Positions 22,192 through 32,149 of a stretch of DNA of 64,000 nucleotides are shown piece after piece (position 1 is the first letter of the stretch; every line of letters starts with the position of its first letter). Both the position numbers and the translations under genes were made by a program. The stretch spans positions 5,408,001-5,472,000 of the forward strand of contig OZ251539.1 of NCBI GenBank assembly GCA_965243135.1. The letters run 5' to 3'. Below the pieces are notes generated by a model. The model did not search any database. It saw only the letters and a list, made by a program, of their open reading frames with translations, and was not told the DNA's origin. The DNA is from Alphaproteobacteria bacterium (GTDB taxonomy: Bacteria > Pseudomonadota > Alphaproteobacteria > MPNO01 > UBA830).

Positions 22192-23109
22192 ATGCGTGAC
22201 GAGGCGCGATTCCTTGATCGTATCGAACGGCTCGGGGTCATGAACCAGAAGGGCATGCGCGCCCCTCACAAGCCGCTGTTGTTGTTGCTTGCGCTCGGGA
22301 GAGTACTGGCCGGACACGAACGCCTCGAATTCTACGCCGTTCTCGAAAATCCGCTCAAGCGTCTTCTCGTTTTGTACGGGCCGCCCCGGAAAAGGCTGCG
22401 GCCGGAGGCTCCGTTCGGTTGGTTGCGCACGGATGACTTGTGGGACATTCCCGACGATGGCAGGCTGTCCGTCAATTCCTGGGGCACGCTCAACCGGAGC
22501 GGGTTGATCCGGCACGCTGCGCAAGGCGGCTTCCCGGAGGACATCTTTCGACTGCTCAGGCGCGATCCGGATCTCGTCCGGCGGGCCGCGCAGCTTCTTC
22601 TCGACAGACATTTCCCCCGGTCTCTGCACGAGCGCATTCTGGCGTCCGTGAACATTCCGGCGGATCCCGCAGCGCGCTGGGTCCGGACAACGGAACGGAG
22701 CCGCGCGTTCCGGAAAGAGGTATTGCTGGCTTACGAGTCTCGTTGCGCCGTGTGCGGCTACGACCTCCGGATGAACGACGAGGTTATCGGGCTCGACGCC
22801 GCGCACATCAAATGGCACTCCCAAAACGGTCCGGATATCGTTCCGAACGGGCTCGCGCTGTGCGCCCTTCACCACGAGGCGCTGGACCGCGGCGCTCTCG
22901 GGCTCCGTTCCATGCAGGAGCCCGGACGTTTCGCCGTCATCGTATCGGATGTCGTCGACACCCGTAACGAGACAGGGAGGCTGTTTCTTCAGCTGCAGGA
23001 CGGGCTGCTTCGCTCTCCGGCAAGCGTCGAATTGGCTCCGAGGCCAGCGTTCGTCGCATGGCACGGACGCGAGGTTTTTCGGGGACAGCTGGCGGTTTCG
23101 TCCGGCTGA
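22192..23109 (+). CDS. SBD-HNH restriction endonuclease (phosphorothioate-dependent type)
   Basis: RAPHKPLLLL, PF..L..D.LW, R...FR..VL.AY...CAVCG, LDAAHIKW, NGLALC.LHH...DRG. Confidence 0.82.
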   Translation: MRDEARFLDRIERLGVMNQKGMRAPHKPLLLLLALGRVLAGHERLEFYAVLENPLKRLLVLYGPPRKRLRPEAPFGWLRTDDLWDIPDDGRLSVNSWGTLNRSGLIRHAAQGGFPEDIFRLLRRDPDLVRRAAQLLLDRHFPRSLHERILASVNIPADPAARWVRTTERSRAFRKEVLLAYESRCAVCGYDLRMNDEVIGLDAAHIKWHSQNGPDIVPNGLALCALHHEALDRGALGLRSMQEPGRFAVIVSDVVDTRNETGRLFLQLQDGLLRSPASVELAPRPAFVAWHGREVFRGQLAVSSG

Positions 23110-23511
23110 CCTCCGGTTCGGCCGTGACGGCGGCCGCTCGAAAAAAGCGTTGTTTCTGCCCATAGGCTCGCGAGAACGGGTTCGGGTTTCGCTCGAACTT
23201 CTCGCGCGGCGGTCTTGCGGGCAAGTCACGAACGCCGGTTCCCGTCCGCGGCGGCGCTTCCCGAAGGTTGCAGCAAAGTCGATCCAATCGGCGGCGGGGG
23301 TTTTCGGTGCCGCCGGGCGGGCGGCGGGCGTCGACCGGAAGCGCCGGCGCTGCCTCCAACGCGATCAAGTGTCGGCGCCGTAGGCGCGCCGCGACCTCTC
23401 GCCGCCCGCTTTCCCTGGAGCGCTTTCGTACGGAAACGCCGAGATGCCGCCGAAGGCCAGAGAGCCGGCATCTTGCCTTGCCGTTCTGCCGACGCTGCCG
23501 AATCGGCACCA

Positions 23512-23548
23512 TTGACTTTTCAAAATATAAACCATATTGGTGTATTAA
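23512..23548 (+). promoter_or_regulatory. AT-rich promoter region with palindrome TAAACCA-TAT-TGGTGTA (23528-23544)
   Basis: AT-rich patch with TTGACT upstream of the GAGGTG RBS; 7-bp IR, 1 mismatch, 3-nt spacer. Confidence 0.5.
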
Positions 23549-23573
23549 ATTTCACTGGCCAATGAGGTGAAGT

Positions 23574-26500
23574 ATGGCTGACGATGGCAAGGAGAAGGTC
23601 GAGTTGGGTCCCGAGGAGATACGCGCCCTGCGGAAACGGCTTGGCTTGACGCAGGTGGAAGCGGGCGAGTTGCTGGGCGGAGGTCCGCGCGCCTTTTCGA
23701 AATACGAGAACGGAACGGTGAAGCCCGCCGCTGCGGTGATCAACTTGCTGCGGTTGCTGGAGAAAGATCCCTCGGCGATCAACACGCTGGGCGGGGGAAG
23801 ATCGCGTCCGATGCCGGTTAGCCTCGTTGGCCCGTTCGAAGTGGACAGCAAGCATATCGAAGCCTTGCGCGAACGGGAGTTTCCGCCGCTTCTGCGGCGA
23901 TTGCTGCATGCGGAGGCGGCGGCGTTCGGTCTTCCCGCCGACGGCATTCATGTCGCTGACAATATCCATGCGTCTGACGGAGGCGAGGACGGGCGCATCC
24001 GCTGGACCCACGGCCCGGAGAGAACCGCCTTCCTTCCCTCCCGGTTCGTTCAGTTTCAACTGAAGGCGGGAAAGATCACGCCTGCCGAGGCCGGGCGCGA
24101 AGTCCTGACTTCTTCCAAAGAGGTCAAGGAGATGGTGCGTTCGGTCTTGCAGGCCGGCGGCGACTATGTCCTGCTGTGCGCTCATGCCTATACGCAGAAA
24201 GAGATCGAAAAGCGGGAGGCGGCCATGCTCGGATCCCTCCGCGACGCGCGCATGAGCCTCGACGACGATCAGGTTCGCTTCCGCGATGCCAGCCAGATCG
24301 CCGATTGGGCGAACGCGCATCCCGCTGTCGCGATTTGGGTGAAGGAACGGACCCAGCCTGGCGCTGTCGGTCCCTTCCGTTCATGGCTGCACTGGGCAGG
24401 GTGCGCCGAACACGAGGCGGTGCCCTATGTCGAGGACGAACGGCTTGCTCCTTTGCGCACCCGGCTGCTTGAGCAGGCGAAAGAGCCCAATGGAATCCTG
24501 CGCGTGGTCGGGCTGTCTGGCATCGGCAAATCCCGCCTGGTTCTCGAGGCCCTCAATCACGGAGACCAGGAGGAGCGCTCGCTCGCCGACATCGTGCTTC
24601 ATGCCGACGACGGCGAGGACGTTGCGGTCAATAACGCGGTGCAAGCTCTGGCCGAGATGGGAACGCGCGCCGTTCTCGTCGTCGAACGCTGTTCCCCGGA
24701 ACATCACCGGATCCTTGCCGGCTTCGTTTCGCGAAGCGGCAGCCGTCTCTCGCTGATAACGATTGACGACGAAATTCCGTCCGGGACGCTCAAGGCGGAC
24801 ACATGCCTGATCTCCGAGGCCCCAACGGCGGTCGTCGAGGGAATCATCGACCAGCTTTGGCCGGGGCTGCCGTCCGAGGACCGGTATCGCTTGACTGCGT
24901 TCTCGAACGGGTTTCCCGGGTTCGCCATCGGCCTCGTGCAGGGGTGGATGGCCTCGACGCCCCTCGCGCACAGCACGGAAGACGATATCGTCGAGACGTT
25001 CGTGCTGGGCCGCAGACCGCGAAATCGAGAAGCACTTCTGAAGACGGCCGAACTGCTTGCCGCATTTCCGTCGATCAACTTGGAGAACTCCGACCAACTT
25101 CAGAAGGTAGCGGGCCTGGGCAATCTCTCGCCCGACGATCTGCGCAAATCGATCGTTGATCTGGCGATCCGCAAGGTAGCGCGGCGGCGAGGGAGACTGG
25201 TCACCCTCGAACCCAGACCTGTCGCCCTGAAGCTCGCGGAACGCCGGTGGCAGTCGTGGAGCCGGGATCAACGGGAAAGCGTTCTGACAGGCGACAGCCG
25301 TTTGGCAATCGCGGCAGCCGGACAACTAGCGCTTCTCAACACGACCGACATCTCCCGAGAGGTGGCGCGGCATGTCTGCCGAGAGGGAGGTCCATTCGAC
25401 GATCCAGGTTCTGCGGCGACCGCTGCACGGGTGTTTTTCTTTCTCGCTCAGATCGACGCGTTGGCCGTCGCGGATCAAGTCGAGCGCTATCTGGAAAACT
25501 GTGAATCGAAACTTGACGACCTGACGCGCAAGCATCTGGTTTGGGCGCTGGAAAAAATCGCTTTCCGGGAGGATGGCTTCGAATGCGCCGGCCCTCTTTT
25601 GCTGCGCCTTGCCGTTTCGGAAAACGGCGTGGAAACGGGAGCCAGGGACAAGTTCGCGGCGCTGTTCAATGTGCCCGTCGGCGCCACGGAAGCTGTTGGA
25701 GACCGTCGGCTCGATCTTCTGGATGAGGTCAGTCAAACCGACAACAAGGACCGGCGGGCAGTCATTGTTGAAGCCCTGAGCGCGGGTTTGGAGTCGAGGC
25801 ACGCTTTTCGCATACGAGGCGCCGAGACTCACGGGGCGCGGCCGGCGATGCGACCCTGGAGACCGGCGACGGACGCCGAATGGCGGCGGTATGTCGAGGG
25901 TTGCGTGGAACGCCTCGCCGAATTCGCCGGGAAACAGGACGAAACCGGAATTGCGGCGCGCACGGAGCTTGGTCGACACCTGCGCTCCCTTGTCGCCGAC
26001 GGCTTCATCGATGCGGTGGAAAAGGCTGTCAGGTCGGCGGGAGGGACAGGGGCTGTGTGGGCCGAAGCGCTGGAAGGACTTGGTCATTTTCTCGAATACG
26101 ATGCAACAGACGAGGAGAACGACCTGGTTGATTGCGTCCAGAGGCTGATTTCCGGTTTGCGGCCCAATGATCTCCCGACGCGCGTATCCTACCTCGTTAC
26201 CGAGATGCCTTGGGACTATCCCGTCGGTGAACGGTTAGGCACCGATGAGCGCATCAGGCGCCAGACCGAAGCCGTGCGTACGCTGGCCATTGAGTTAAGT
26301 GCGAAGCCCGAAGTTCTCGCGCAGATGCTGCCGCAGCTTAGCCGGGGCGAGCAGCGCATGGCCGCGGTATTTGGCCATGCGCTGGCGTCGTCTGTCGCTT
26401 CGCCGCTGGATTGGTTGGAACGAATCGCGCAGGCCGTTGCGGCGGCGCCGGAACAGGAGCGTAATTTCGATCTGCTGTCGGGCTATGTTGCGGAGCTTGC

Positions 26501-27560
26501 TGCGGAACACCCGGACGCGGCCGAAGAATTCAAGCGAAAGGCTGCGCGGACGCCGGACCTTGCGGCGGCGCTTTCCCCGATTTGCTGGCGGATTGGCATT
26601 GCGCCCTCCGATATCGCTTTGGTCATGGCTGCCCTCGAGGCGGAGGTGATAGGTCCCCTGGATTTAACTCCGTGGATGGCCGGCGGGGTTCTCGCCAAGC
26701 TCCCGGAACCGGAAGTCGCGCCTTTGTTCGATGCGCTTGCCCTCCACGGTGCCAAGGGATTCATAGTCGCAGTGGAATTGCTGGGGATGTATGTCCACGG
26801 CGAACTGGACCGATTGGAGAACCTTAGGCCGCAGCTCTTGAAGGTTGTCGATTGTCTTGCCGACCACGTTCAGTCCCTTCAAAGGGTGATGACCGCGCAC
26901 CATTTCGAAAACCTCATCCAATGGTTGCTGGAAAAAGGCAGGCAGGATCGCGATGCGTGCGCCGCGGCGCTGGGTCTGGCTGCCGCCTTCGTCAAGGCTG
27001 TGGAATTGGGGACTGATCGGGTCGTCAGCCCCGTGCTTCCCGCGCTGTTGTCCGGTTTTCCGGAAATCGCCTGGCCGCTCATCGGCAAGGCGATCCTCTC
27101 GGGAGGGTCATGGCGTTACACGCTAGCCTTCGGGGAAATTTCCTCCCGTAACGAAGGCCGTGCCGCGATACTGAGTCTTCCTGAGGATTCGCTGTTCGCA
27201 TGGTGCCGCGCTCACCCTGACGAAGCGCCGGCTTTCGCGGCGGAGGTTCTGCCGGTTCTTGTCTCCCGCGAGGTCGACGCCCCCGAAATCCACCCGGTCA
27301 CGGACAGACTGATCGACGAGTTCGGCGACCGGGAGGAGGTGCTCCATGCAGTTGCCGGGAACCTGTTGTCGTTTTCTTGCGTGGGGTCTGGGGCGGAGCA
27401 CTACGAGCACTACGAGCGCTACAAGGTGCCGATCGAGGCGCTGCTGCAGAAATGCGGGAAGCCTCAGGTGCGGCGCTGGTGCCAGAAACTGCTGGATATT
27501 CTCGATGAACAAAGCAAAATTAACCGCGACGGGGAAGCGGAGTTTGCCGGGCTGCCCTGA
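23574..27560 (+). CDS. MqsA-type HTH + PD-(D/E)XK-like nuclease + STAND NTPase + helical C-terminus (Avs-like), 1328 aa
   Basis: LGLTQ.EAG.LLGGG..AFSKYE.G; DGGEDG...FQLKAG; Walker A GLSGIGKS. Confidence 0.8.
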   Translation: MADDGKEKVELGPEEIRALRKRLGLTQVEAGELLGGGPRAFSKYENGTVKPAAAVINLLRLLEKDPSAINTLGGGRSRPMPVSLVGPFEVDSKHIEALREREFPPLLRRLLHAEAAAFGLPADGIHVADNIHASDGGEDGRIRWTHGPERTAFLPSRFVQFQLKAGKITPAEAGREVLTSSKEVKEMVRSVLQAGGDYVLLCAHAYTQKEIEKREAAMLGSLRDARMSLDDDQVRFRDASQIADWANAHPAVAIWVKERTQPGAVGPFRSWLHWAGCAEHEAVPYVEDERLAPLRTRLLEQAKEPNGILRVVGLSGIGKSRLVLEALNHGDQEERSLADIVLHADDGEDVAVNNAVQALAEMGTRAVLVVERCSPEHHRILAGFVSRSGSRLSLITIDDEIPSGTLKADTCLISEAPTAVVEGIIDQLWPGLPSEDRYRLTAFSNGFPGFAIGLVQGWMASTPLAHSTEDDIVETFVLGRRPRNREALLKTAELLAAFPSINLENSDQLQKVAGLGNLSPDDLRKSIVDLAIRKVARRRGRLVTLEPRPVALKLAERRWQSWSRDQRESVLTGDSRLAIAAAGQLALLNTTDISREVARHVCREGGPFDDPGSAATAARVFFFLAQIDALAVADQVERYLENCESKLDDLTRKHLVWALEKIAFREDGFECAGPLLLRLAVSENGVETGARDKFAALFNVPVGATEAVGDRRLDLLDEVSQTDNKDRRAVIVEALSAGLESRHAFRIRGAETHGARPAMRPWRPATDAEWRRYVEGCVERLAEFAGKQDETGIAARTELGRHLRSLVADGFIDAVEKAVRSAGGTGAVWAEALEGLGHFLEYDATDEENDLVDCVQRLISGLRPNDLPTRVSYLVTEMPWDYPVGERLGTDERIRRQTEAVRTLAIELSAKPEVLAQMLPQLSRGEQRMAAVFGHALASSVASPLDWLERIAQAVAAAPEQERNFDLLSGYVAELAAEHPDAAEEFKRKAARTPDLAAALSPICWRIGIAPSDIALVMAALEAEVIGPLDLTPWMAGGVLAKLPEPEVAPLFDALALHGAKGFIVAVELLGMYVHGELDRLENLRPQLLKVVDCLADHVQSLQRVMTAHHFENLIQWLLEKGRQDRDACAAALGLAAAFVKAVELGTDRVVSPVLPALLSGFPEIAWPLIGKAILSGGSWRYTLAFGEISSRNEGRAAILSLPEDSLFAWCRAHPDEAPAFAAEVLPVLVSREVDAPEIHPVTDRLIDEFGDREEVLHAVAGNLLSFSCVGSGAEHYEHYERYKVPIEALLQKCGKPQVRRWCQKLLDILDEQSKINRDGEAEFAGLP

Positions 27561-27592
27561 CCGGATTCAACCGTCGGCTGCTTGCTTCGGGC

Positions 27593-28020
27593 GTGAACCC
27601 GAACGTTCCGGACGATGCGGGCCGAACAGCGGTTCATCGGCCAGCGAGAGGCGGCGGACCTCGGATACTCGATGCGCTGCTTCGCGCGGGCGGCAAACCG
27701 AACGTTCGCGACAGCGACGGCAACGCGCCGTTGCACATCGCCATCAAGGCGGGCGGGAGCGAAGGCAAGGTCGAAGCCGTCGAGGCGCTTCTGTCGGCCG
27801 GAGCGGATCCCTGCCTCCAGGATGCAACGGGCGGACACCCTACGGCATGGCGACGGGCGGCGGCGCTGACCGCCGCGCTTTCGGCCCGGCCGGGGGTAAC
27901 GAGTGGACGTGCGGGAGAAACGGAAAGCGCGGATAGCGGTGCGCGGCAACGTGAGGTCGGGGCCGGGGTCGTACTCGTCGTCCTCGACGAGGCGCAACGG
28001 ATCAAGAACAGGAACTCCGC
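27593..28020 (+). pseudogene. Ankyrin-repeat fragment joined to a SNF2-helicase fragment
   Basis: NVRDSDGNAPLHIA, VEALLSAGADP; then VVLDEAQRIKN. Confidence 0.6.
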
Positions 28021-28191
28021 CGCGGCTCCCGGAGAAAAGCGGAGGCCGCACGCAAGCTTTGTGTGGAAATCAGTGCACCAAGTGCTTGATCCGAATCGGC
28101 AGGTAGCGATGATGAAGCGGTTCGGAGTCGATCGATACTCGGGCGGTCCCGGCATCGAGCGCGCTAAAGCAACGGGGAAGGGATCCTGGCG

Positions 28192-29130
28192 GTGTCCGTC
28201 CGACTTCACGAAAGTTTCGAGTGGGACCCGAGGAACGAACCGTCCCGCGATGACTACGCGCCCGCGCCTGCCCGCACGAACGCGTTCCGTTCGATCGGGG
28301 AGGACGACGGTCCGGTGGACTCTCTTTCGCAGTCTCTTCTCGTTCACGGGCACGCGGCGGACGCGCTGGATCTCGTTCCCGAGGAGAGCGTCCAGACCGT
28401 GGTCACGTCGCCCCCTTACTGGTCTCTGCGGGACTACGAAGTGGACCGGCAGATCGGCAGGGACGATTCTCTCGAGGAGTACGTTTCCGGTATCGTCGAC
28501 ACCTTCGCGAAGGTTCGGAGGGTTCTCGCGGCGGACGGCACCGTCTGGCTGAACGTCGGAGACTCGTACACGTCCGGGAACCGGACGTACCGGGCCCCCG
28601 ACCGGAAGAATCGGGCGCGGGCCATGGCCGTGCGTCCGCCGACGCCGGAAGGGTTGAAGCCGAAGGATTTGATCGGCGTTCCCTGGCGTCTGGCGCTGGC
28701 TCTGCAGGAAGACGGCTGGTGGCTGCGTTCCGAAGTGGTTTGGTGCAAGCCGAACGCGCATCCGGAGTCCGTTCGAGACCGCCCGACGAAGGCCCACGAG
28801 ACCGTGTTCCTCCTGTCGAAGAACCAGAACTACTATTACGACGAAGAGGCCGTGCGGGGGCCCAACGGCCGGCGCTTGCGGACGATCTGGGAAATTCCCA
28901 CGGAACCGCGACAGCGGCCCAGCGGCGAAGACCACCCAGCGGTCATGCCGATGGCGTTGGCTCGTCGTTGCCTCCGCATGACGAGTCGGGCCGGCGACTT
29001 CGTTCTGGATCCGTATGCCGGTTCCGGCACGACGCTGCTTGCGGCCCAGAGCATGGATCGGCGGTGGGTCGGCGTTGAACTGAAAGAAAAATACGTGAGG
29101 TTGATCGAACGCAGGCTCCGCGAGCCATGA
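28192..29130 (+). CDS. Beta-class N4-cytosine DNA methyltransferase, M.SmaI/Cfr9I-like
   Basis: VTSPPYW before DPYAGSGTT; GDSYTSG.RT...D.KN..RAM..RPPTPEGLKPKDLIGVPWRLA. Confidence 0.88.
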   Translation: MSVRLHESFEWDPRNEPSRDDYAPAPARTNAFRSIGEDDGPVDSLSQSLLVHGHAADALDLVPEESVQTVVTSPPYWSLRDYEVDRQIGRDDSLEEYVSGIVDTFAKVRRVLAADGTVWLNVGDSYTSGNRTYRAPDRKNRARAMAVRPPTPEGLKPKDLIGVPWRLALALQEDGWWLRSEVVWCKPNAHPESVRDRPTKAHETVFLLSKNQNYYYDEEAVRGPNGRRLRTIWEIPTEPRQRPSGEDHPAVMPMALARRCLRMTSRAGDFVLDPYAGSGTTLLAAQSMDRRWVGVELKEKYVRLIERRLREP

Positions 29131-29888
29131 CGCTCGCCGAACTGAAGGAGCGTCTGGAATCGCTGTCTCCCACGGCGATCCGTTTCGTCGCGAGAATGGT
29201 GGACTCCCTCTCGTCCCCGCCTGCGGTTCGGTTGAGCGATTCGGAGACGTGGCTCACGGCCGTCCCGGAGTGGGTCGAGTATTTCGGGCTGGCGCTGTCC
29301 GTACACCACGGCACGACATCCGAGCCGCTCGCGCAAAAGGGTTTCGAAGCCGTGTTCAGGAACGCCTGCGAAGCCGTCGAATGGGACGTCGGAGAGCCGG
29401 CTTCGGAAACGCAGAGATTTCTCGACCTCACCCTGCGACGCGGAGATCTGCCCGAACAGAAGCTGTCGCTGAAGTCTACGGCCGCGAAGAATATTTCCCG
29501 GTCGACGGCGCATATTTCCAAGCTCACCGACGCCGCGTGGGTGCAGGACATGCGCACCGCCCGAGAACGTCGCGACCGCACCCTCGAACTGTTCCGGGCC
29601 TACGCCGAGGCCGTGGACGCAATAATGATGCTGCGAGCCTTCCGCAAGGGACAGGAAATCCCCGTTCGGTACCAACTGCTGGAGATCCCGACTGCGATTT
29701 TTCGGTCGCTGCAAGACGCCCCCGTAGCGGCCTTCAACGCCGACGGGCCTACCATCGATTGCGCCTATGGAGGGTCGCCGGCTGCAGCGCGCGTGTCGCT
29801 CGACCGGTCCGACGCGAAGATCACGGTCAAGCAAATCCGGCTTTCGGTCTGTACCGTGCATGCCGAATGGCAAATGACCGGAACCTGA
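29127..29888 (+). CDS. Type II restriction endonuclease, SmaI-like
   Basis: ATGA overlap with the MTase; HH, SLKS.AAKNIS...HISK, YQLLEIP, C.VH..W resemble R.SmaI as I recall it. Confidence 0.72.
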   Translation: MTLAELKERLESLSPTAIRFVARMVDSLSSPPAVRLSDSETWLTAVPEWVEYFGLALSVHHGTTSEPLAQKGFEAVFRNACEAVEWDVGEPASETQRFLDLTLRRGDLPEQKLSLKSTAAKNISRSTAHISKLTDAAWVQDMRTARERRDRTLELFRAYAEAVDAIMMLRAFRKGQEIPVRYQLLEIPTAIFRSLQDAPVAAFNADGPTIDCAYGGSPAAARVSLDRSDAKITVKQIRLSVCTVHAEWQMTGT

Positions 29889-30053
29889 GATAGTCACCGC
29901 TGCATGGCGACTTCGTCGAGGGTCGAGGTTGGGCCGAATCGCGCATGCGCGGCGGCGCAATCCTGATCGTCGGCGTTTTCCGGCTTTCCGGCACCGGCCG
30001 GAACGATCCGGCAAATTTGTCGCGACAGCTCGTTGCCTGAGGACGAACGCATC

Positions 30054-30992
30054 ATGAGCGATTCCCGTTACCGTCGCGCCCCGTCGGAGGGGTTTCGGAA
30101 ACTCCTTGAAAACGAGTTTGCATGTCTTCCCGCCTTGGACGGGCGGCAAATGCTCGGCGTTGGTCTGGACGTTCATCTGCGCCGTGACGATAAACTGCAC
30201 GTCTATTGCGGCGGCACTCGACTTATCGAGGTCCGCTGGAGGAACACGGTTCGACGGATCCACGTCGACGCCGACTGTTCATACAAGCGGCAGCCGTGCG
30301 CAGGCAGCTTGTTCAACTCATGGAGTCCGGGCGATTCGCGTGAATTCACGAAGGCTTTGCATGCATACCTCGACGGGGTCGCTGTTGGCGACCAGTGGGT
30401 GCAGGGCGAGGGCGAACTGCAGTTTCGATGGTCGCGCGTGGTTGATCCATGGATCCCCTTCGATCGGGAGGTCCTGCTCGAATCCGGCCTCGTTTTGACC
30501 CCGAAAGCCCAAGCCAGGCTTCGAAACGCGGAAGAAGAGCTTTCCGACCGAACCGAAAGCGACGCGCGCAGGTGGGAAATTCGGGAGTGGAACTCCGAGC
30601 GAAGCGGCGAAATCGACCAGCTGGCGGTCGATCCGAATGGTCGTCTGGTGCTCGTCGAACTGAAGGACGCCGAGAGAAGCAACGGTTCTTCCTACTATGC
30701 GCCGTTCCAACTACTTCGTTACGTCTGGGAATGGCATTGCGCCTTGGACAGCGCGTACGAAGAATTGAACAAGATGATCGAAACGAGAAAAAAACTGAAC
30801 CTTACGTCGTGCGAAGCATCCCGCGTCGAGGGCGGTCTGAGGGCCGCCGTCTGCTTCGGGGCTGATCGACGAAGCGGCGAAGTCCAGCGGCGCTATCGCA
30901 TCGTGCTCGAAATCGCCAACCGCCATCTTCCGGACGGCGTTCCGCCAATCGAAACATGGGCGTTCGAGGGCAGTAGGCCGGTGCGGCTTTAG
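30054..30992 (+). CDS. Hypothetical protein with PD-(D/E)XK-like motif
   Basis: IDQLAVD..GRLVLVELKD ... QLLRY. Confidence 0.65.
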   Translation: MSDSRYRRAPSEGFRKLLENEFACLPALDGRQMLGVGLDVHLRRDDKLHVYCGGTRLIEVRWRNTVRRIHVDADCSYKRQPCAGSLFNSWSPGDSREFTKALHAYLDGVAVGDQWVQGEGELQFRWSRVVDPWIPFDREVLLESGLVLTPKAQARLRNAEEELSDRTESDARRWEIREWNSERSGEIDQLAVDPNGRLVLVELKDAERSNGSSYYAPFQLLRYVWEWHCALDSAYEELNKMIETRKKLNLTSCEASRVEGGLRAAVCFGADRRSGEVQRRYRIVLEIANRHLPDGVPPIETWAFEGSRPVRL

Positions 30993-32086
30993 GCAAGGGT
31001 TGCGGCGTTGCGGAAACGGTTTCGGAAGGATGGCGGACGGCAGCGAATTCGGAGCCTGCGGCGTGGCCGCCGATGCGCGAAGCGAATCGGCAGGACATCG
31101 GGGTGAGGAAGAGCTGCAAACGGAGGTCGCCATGCCAACGGCGCGTCTGCGGCGACGCCGCGAGCGCGAGAATTTCGCCGACGGCTTCGTGCGGGCCGGC
31201 GCGAGCGGCCGCTATCCGCAGGTCGCTTTTTTCAAACTCGCCGAAGGAACGAGCGCAAACCCGGTACAATTCGCAACCCTCTCTGCGCGGATTGGTTTCC
31301 TGACGGCATTCGCCGGCGAATCGTGAGCTCGTCTCTTTCATTTCCGGGCGAACGCCGGAACCCATAACGGAATCCGCACGGCAGGTTCCGGCAACGCTTG
31401 ACGGAAGAGCATCGCATGAAGATTTCGGGCATCGATTTTCCTCCTGGGCTGATGAAGGCGCTCCGCGACGGCCGGCTGGTCATCTTTGCCGGGGCGGGGG
31501 TTTCGATGGGGGAACCGGCCTGGCTTCCGAACTTCAAGAAACTGGCGGCGCAAGTGGCGCGAGAGACCGGCAAGAAGCCGGAGGAAGGCGAGACGGAAGA
31601 CCGCTTCCTGGGACGGCTTCGGCAAGACGGCGATAAGGTCCACGACCTTGTCGTTCGGATCCTGAAAGAGAACGGCAGCAGCCTAGTGCCCACCGATCTG
31701 CATCGCGATTTACTTCGGCTTTATCCAGATCCTGGATCGGTGCGGGTCGTCACCACCAATTTCGATCTACTGTTCGAGCGTGCTGCCGAGGCTATCTTCA
31801 AGCAACCGCCGACGATCTATACGGCACCGACCCTGCCGCCCGGGCGGGAATTTGACGGAATTGTCCACATCCATGGATCGGTAGACCGACCCGGGAGCAT
31901 CGTGCTTACGGACGAAGATTTCGGACGCGCCTATCTCACCAAAGGATGGGCACGGCGGTTTCTCGTCGAGATGTTCGCCGAGTTCACGGTTCTCTTCGTC
32001 GGATACAGCCATGACGACACGATCATGAATTATCTCGCGAAGGCCCTGCTGGGCACCGGCGACAAACGTTTTGCGCTTGTGTCCAG

Positions 32087-32149
32087 ACGCAAGGATACGG
32101 TGCCCGGACGCAAGGATACGGCAGCCGGATGCAAGGATACGGCGCGCTG
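32087..32149 (+). repeat. 21-bp tandem repeat x3, in frame (RKDTVPG/RKDTAAG/CKDTARW)
   Basis: Core GCAAGGATACGG repeated at a 21-bp period. Confidence 0.85.
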
